This document shows positions 59,982 through 64,000 of a stretch of DNA of 64,000 nt, piece by piece. The notes beneath the pieces were generated by a model. The model made no database searches. It was not told where the DNA came from and saw only the letters and a list, made by a program, of their open reading frames with translations. Positions within the stretch are counted from its first letter, which is position 1. Each line of letters starts with the position of its first letter. The stretch comes from Nostoc sp. Its GTDB lineage: Bacteria > Cyanobacteriota > Cyanobacteriia > Cyanobacteriales > Nostocaceae. Made by a program: the position numbers and the translations under genes. The DNA is taken from assembly GCA_036918135.1 (NCBI GenBank), contig JBALDB010000031.1:32001-96000 (forward strand), in the 5' to 3' direction.

Positions 59982-61478
59982 TTATAACTTCCAGGGATTC
60001 GCATCTTGATCGTTAATTCTCACCCAAAAGCGAGTACCTGGATTACTTAGCTTAGGATCGTCAGATTGTGCATAGAAACCAAAACCTGAATATGGCTCAT
60101 TAGCATCATGAAACTCTGCCATCCTGAACCCAGATAGACCATAACGGTTTTTGCCAGCTGCCTGACACTTCTCATCTGCATCTGCTGGAGAAAGCAACGA
60201 GCTACCCACAACCTCAGGAATAGCAAAGACTTCTCCACCAGACCAAGAGTTTGTATATGCAGTACCTGTGGCTATATCTGGAATCGGATTATTTGCAAGT
60301 TCATCTGATTTACGAATGCAAAGTAGTGACAAAGTTTGATTTACAGAAGTATCGCCAGAATAGGGATTAGTTTGACTATCATATCTAGCTTGCACATAAG
60401 TTTTGCCATTAACATTTACACTACTATTGATAATCCAAGTCATAGCTTTCTTGGAGGGTTGAGGTATGCTGACTGGGGTTGTGATTTGTCCTGGAGCTAT
60501 GATGCCATCAGCACTTGGAAGGGGTATGAACTTTGGATTTGTTGGTGGCAAATCTTTCCTCTGTAATTGATCTAGTGGGATCTGGGTAGCACTTAGCAAG
60601 ACTCTAGTATTCGATATCTTTATTGAACCAGGATTCAAAGAATTATTACTGTAGCTTAATGTCTGTGATTGTGGCTGTATTTGTACAATATTCTTAAGTT
60701 TTTTTTGCAACGGAATTTCGTCACCAGAAGCGCCAGAGCCGACTGGGAATTCAGTCCAGACTCCAATAACTACACCATTCTCTAGAGGATCTGTCTGCTC
60801 GTGGTAGATAACCAAATATTGAGTTACTCCTCCTTGTGAATTTGTCACAATGGGAGTCGCCATCGGTCTTATATCCTTAGCAAGGGTGTTGCCATCTCGT
60901 AGCTGAATAAGTGTTTGGAAGAAAGAGGGAGTTAGTGGCCCAGTTGAAGTAATTTCCTCGGAATATCCATAATGAAATAATACACAACCATTACCATCTT
61001 TACAAGTAGTATTATTATACGGAAAGGCAGGAGGATTAGAGCCAACATAATCAAAGTCTAAGGTTAGTCTATTGTTAGGTGGTTCAGTAGTAGCTGGTTT
61101 CTCATTGAATGTAACTTCTAGAAAGGGATTAGATGAATTAAGAGAATCAGTAAACTCAGGTCTAGATCCAGCCACATTTCTATCATTAAAAAAATTGATA
61201 CTAAATGGATCAACCAGGAGATTTCTACCGAATACTATTCTACTTATGTAAGGGGAAGAATTAAGATTAAGCCTACCACCAATTGTGACAACATCCGCTT
61301 TTTGAGTACTAGTGCAAGAGAGTAGACATTTTAAGTAATTGACACCGTAAATAACATCAACATTGACCAAAACTTGGCTTTCTACTGCTTGGGCGCTAGC
61401 TGAAGATACTGAAAATATTGAGGAACCCATTAAGATTACTAAACCTAGCTGTTTTCCTAACTTTTTGAGCAATTGCAT
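59982..61478 (-). CDS. Secreted two-domain protein with a C-terminal Cys/Trp-containing, lectin-like domain
   Basis: Likely start ATG 61478 (MQLLKKLGKQLGLVILMGSSIFSVSSASA). C-terminus NPYSGDT...LLCIRK...WSGG...ADEKC...RMAEFHD...FWVRINDQDANPW. Confidence 0.75.
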   Translation of the reverse strand: MQLLKKLGKQLGLVILMGSSIFSVSSASAQAVESQVLVNVDVIYGVNYLKCLLSCTSTQKADVVTIGGRLNLNSSPYISRIVFGRNLLVDPFSINFFNDRNVAGSRPEFTDSLNSSNPFLEVTFNEKPATTEPPNNRLTLDFDYVGSNPPAFPYNNTTCKDGNGCVLFHYGYSEEITSTGPLTPSFFQTLIQLRDGNTLAKDIRPMATPIVTNSQGGVTQYLVIYHEQTDPLENGVVIGVWTEFPVGSGASGDEIPLQKKLKNIVQIQPQSQTLSYSNNSLNPGSIKISNTRVLLSATQIPLDQLQRKDLPPTNPKFIPLPSADGIIAPGQITTPVSIPQPSKKAMTWIINSSVNVNGKTYVQARYDSQTNPYSGDTSVNQTLSLLCIRKSDELANNPIPDIATGTAYTNSWSGGEVFAIPEVVGSSLLSPADADEKCQAAGKNRYGLSGFRMAEFHDANEPYSGFGFYAQSDDPKLSNPGTRFWVRINDQDANPWKL

Positions 61479-61776
61479 ACCTGAATTTCCTTTAAATACA
61501 AAGATGAACTGTAGAGTTTCGCTATTGTGGATATAGATTTTTCCGCACTTACTGACGGCTACGGTTAATCGTAAATCCTCAATTAGTCGCCTTGATTTCG
61601 GTGACAAAGATGTGTCACTCAGATGAGCATAATTTTGCCTTTCAGTAGTTAATGCAGTACGAAACGCATCTAAAAATTTAGTGCTGCTGTTGTGGTAAAC
61701 AAGCTTAAATAGGCAAAATTAATTGTTGCATTTTCATCTGTTTTCAATTGTTTTTTCAACGTAATTACGTATCGAA

Positions 61777-61940
61777 GAGGTTGTTTGAAAAGTCGTAAAG
61801 TATACTCAAAACCCCGCTTCCATTCCTCTCTCACTATGGGCGAGAGGCTTTCAAACCCCTATTTCCTTGTAGGAAAGGCTTGCTCAAGGGTTAGGTCTCT
61901 GAAGTTTTGATGTTAATAACAATACTTTTCAAACATCCTC
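61777..61940. mobile_element. 164-bp MITE with IS5/IS1031-type ends
   Basis: GAGGTTGTTTGAAAAGT / ACTTTTCAAACATCCTC 17-bp inverted repeat with 1 mismatch; flanks GAA and TAA. Confidence 0.8.
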
Positions 61941-62201
61941 TAAGATTCAGGTTGCGTAGATGCATACAAGAAAAAATTGGTGAATAGTCATTTACTAATC
62001 AGACTTAGATCCAAAGAATTATGCGTAAGGTTACAAAAGTTTACAGCTATTGCTACTGACTAACTACAACATAGGTTGCTATTTTGGCAACAACAGATAA
62101 TTAATAGGCGCTTTGCTTGGAATTCCCGCGCCTAAATCTTGATTCTTTCTTACTTATGCCCAATAACACAAGTAAAGTCTTTATCAACTTTCTGAGGAAC
62201 T

Positions 62202-62332
62202 TACAGCGGTTTTCTTTTGCATGAGGTACAAAGTCACTGGTTTTGAGGCAGGAGGCAGAAGGCAGGGGGGAGAGGAATAATTTGATTTGTGAATCCTTGT
62301 CTGCGTACCTTATTTAGTTGCAAACTGCTGTA
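62202..62332. mobile_element. TA-flanked MITE (IS630-like ends)
   Basis: TACAGCGGTTTTC...ATGAGGTAC and GTACCTTAT...AAACTGCTGTA form imperfect terminal inverted repeats; internal ggcagga/ggcagaa heptamers. Confidence 0.65.
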
Positions 62333-62611
62333 ATTTATCTCTACGTCAGAATCAAGCGGATCGCCCTTTCCACACACGATTATCATTCTTAGAAAGATTA
62401 TTTTGAGTATTTTAACTGATTGACAAAAAGCACTTTATCTTAAATTCTTACGGATGGTTCGCGATCCGAATCATTGATAGAATTTAAACAGACTTTCCTG
62501 AATAGCCAAGAGGCGGGGAAATTATTAACAAATTGTTAAAAAATGTTAAGCTAATCTTGAGATAGGCACGTTGCTAACTGAATATTACATTTAGATTTTT
62601 AATCAAAATTA

Positions 62612-64000
62612 ATGAAAGCAGGGCACATTGATACAGAAGTGGCGAGGCTAGAAGCCCTCCGCCAGTATCAAATTCTTGACACCGAACCCGAACAAGCTTA
62701 CGACAATCTTGCTCAGTTAGCGGCATTTATTTGTGGCACTCCTATCTCCTTGGTAAATTTCATTGATGAAAACCGTCAATGGTTTAAAGCAAAAGTAGGT
62801 TTAAACGTATCAGAAATGCCCCGGAGTGTTGGGTTATCTCGCCTTTGCCAAGAGCAGCGTAACGTTGTTGTGGTTCCAGATACGCTAGCTAATGACGAAT
62901 TGGCGAAGAATGCAGTAGTAATTGGCTATCCCTATGTACGGTTTTATGCAGGTGTACCTCTAATTACTCCCAAAGGAGATATGCTGGGAACTCTGTGCGT
63001 AATTGACCGAGTTCCTAAAGAATTGAGCGAAAAACAAATCGAGGCGCTTGAGGGTCTGAGTCGCTTAGTGATTGACCAACTAGAACTGAGGCGTTATGTA
63101 AGTGAGGTATCTCAAATTACTGAGAAACTAGTGGTGCAGGAACAAACAGCACGCGCCGAGTCGGAAGCAGCCAGAACCCGCATTACTAATATTTTTGAAA
63201 GTATCACTGATGCCTTTTTGACTTTGGATCGAAAATGGCGATTTACCTACATTAATGGTCAAGCAGAACAGGTGTTACAAAAAACCCAAAATCAGCTTTT
63301 GGGTAAAAATATTTGGCAAGTTTTTCCGGGAATTATCGGCACAGCATTTGAAAAGCAGTATCGCAAAGCAGTCTTAGAACACGTGAGTGTAGAATTTGAG
63401 GAGTTTTATCCGCCCCTCAAGCGCTGGTTTAAAGTCCATGCTTATCCAGGAAAAGACGGCTTATCTGTTTATTTTCAAGACATTACTGAACGACGGCGAA
63501 CAGCAGAAGCACTTCAAGAAAGTGAAGAACGTTGGCAATTAGCATTACAGGGTAATAATGATGGTATTTGGGACTGGAACATCAAAACTAATGAAGTGTT
63601 CTTCTCAACTCAGTGGAAGGAAATGCTGGGGTATGAAGACCACGAAGTTTCCAATTGCTGGGATGAATGGACAAAACTAATCCATCCTGATGAGCGAGAT
63701 TTGGTACTTCAGACCTTTGAGGATCACTTTGCCCAGAAAACACCATTTTATGTCTGTGAGTATCGAGTCCAATGCCGAGACGGCAGCTATAAATGGATTC
63801 TGGATCGAGGACAGGCACTTTGGGACGCATTAGGTAATGTAGTGCGAATGGTTGGTTCTTATACTGATATCACAGATCGCAAGCGAACAGAAGAGGAATT
63901 AAAGCGACAGAGTTGGCGATCGCAATTATTTTCCGAAATTACTCTTAAAATTCGAGAATCTTTACAAATAGACGAAATTCTCCAAACTACTGTTACTGAA
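62612..64000 (+). CDS. Multi-sensor signalling protein (GAF-PAS-PAS-start of a further GAF); runs off the window
   Basis: Missing from the ORF track. MKAGHIDTEVARLEALRQYQILDTEPE...RFYAGVPL...GTLCVID (GAF), ESITDAF...FQDITE and NDGIWDW...IHPDE...TDITDRK (PAS), then KIRESLQIDEILQTTV. Confidence 0.9.
   Translation, partial: MKAGHIDTEVARLEALRQYQILDTEPEQAYDNLAQLAAFICGTPISLVNFIDENRQWFKAKVGLNVSEMPRSVGLSRLCQEQRNVVVVPDTLANDELAKNAVVIGYPYVRFYAGVPLITPKGDMLGTLCVIDRVPKELSEKQIEALEGLSRLVIDQLELRRYVSEVSQITEKLVVQEQTARAESEAARTRITNIFESITDAFLTLDRKWRFTYINGQAEQVLQKTQNQLLGKNIWQVFPGIIGTAFEKQYRKAVLEHVSVEFEEFYPPLKRWFKVHAYPGKDGLSVYFQDITERRRTAEALQESEERWQLALQGNNDGIWDWNIKTNEVFFSTQWKEMLGYEDHEVSNCWDEWTKLIHPDERDLVLQTFEDHFAQKTPFYVCEYRVQCRDGSYKWILDRGQALWDALGNVVRMVGSYTDITDRKRTEEELKRQSWRSQLFSEITLKIRESLQIDEILQTTVTE

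Noticed and set aside
62030..62047. HLR1 (RpaB)-like direct repeat GTTACAAA-AG-TTTACAGC
   Set aside because: The second half-site is imperfect, it is more than 500 bp from either likely start codon, and such matches are common in AT-rich DNA.
63588..63830. 80-aa minus-strand ORF
   Set aside because: Antisense to the GAF-PAS gene that starts at 62612.

Overview
This 64 kb window comes from a filamentous cyanobacterium, most likely Nostocaceae. The evidence is dense HIP1 GCGATCGC sites, STRR heptamer repeats, small dispersed repeats, and the presence of crtH, ftsH, an ebo cluster and an IsaR1-like sRNA. Layout from left to right: (1) 0-12.4 kb, a partly decaying salt/osmotic-stress locus: DUF389, SLH protein, 7TM-HD phosphodiesterase, a GT4 sucrose-phosphate-synthase-like gene fused to half of a phosphatase, a truncated response regulator, a histidine kinase with two nonsense codons, a Na+/H+ antiporter and a ClC channel. 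(2) 12.5-16.9 kb, a patch of mobile-element debris: an IS1182-like stub, a frameshifted hypothetical gene, a methyltransferase-like gene interrupted by TGA, a DUF1998 helicase fragment and a dead IS5-family element. (3) murG, an MltA-like gene and the eboD / eboABCEF cluster. (4) yggT, upp, IsaR1 and crtH. (5) A full CheA/W/MCP/B/R operon with a divergent CheY/CheC/PAS hybrid-kinase operon. (6) ftsH and neighbours. (7) An AT-rich, apparently HIP1-free stretch from 51.3 to 63.9 kb. The best candidate for an undescribed system is a three-gene operon in this last stretch (51517-53917): two soluble proteins and one membrane-anchored protein that all appear to carry the same uncharacterised L-x-[IVF]-x-[TL] ... 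[DS]G[DE]I ... H module. No CRISPR array, rRNA or tRNA was recognised. All family assignments come from motif recognition by eye, not from database searches.
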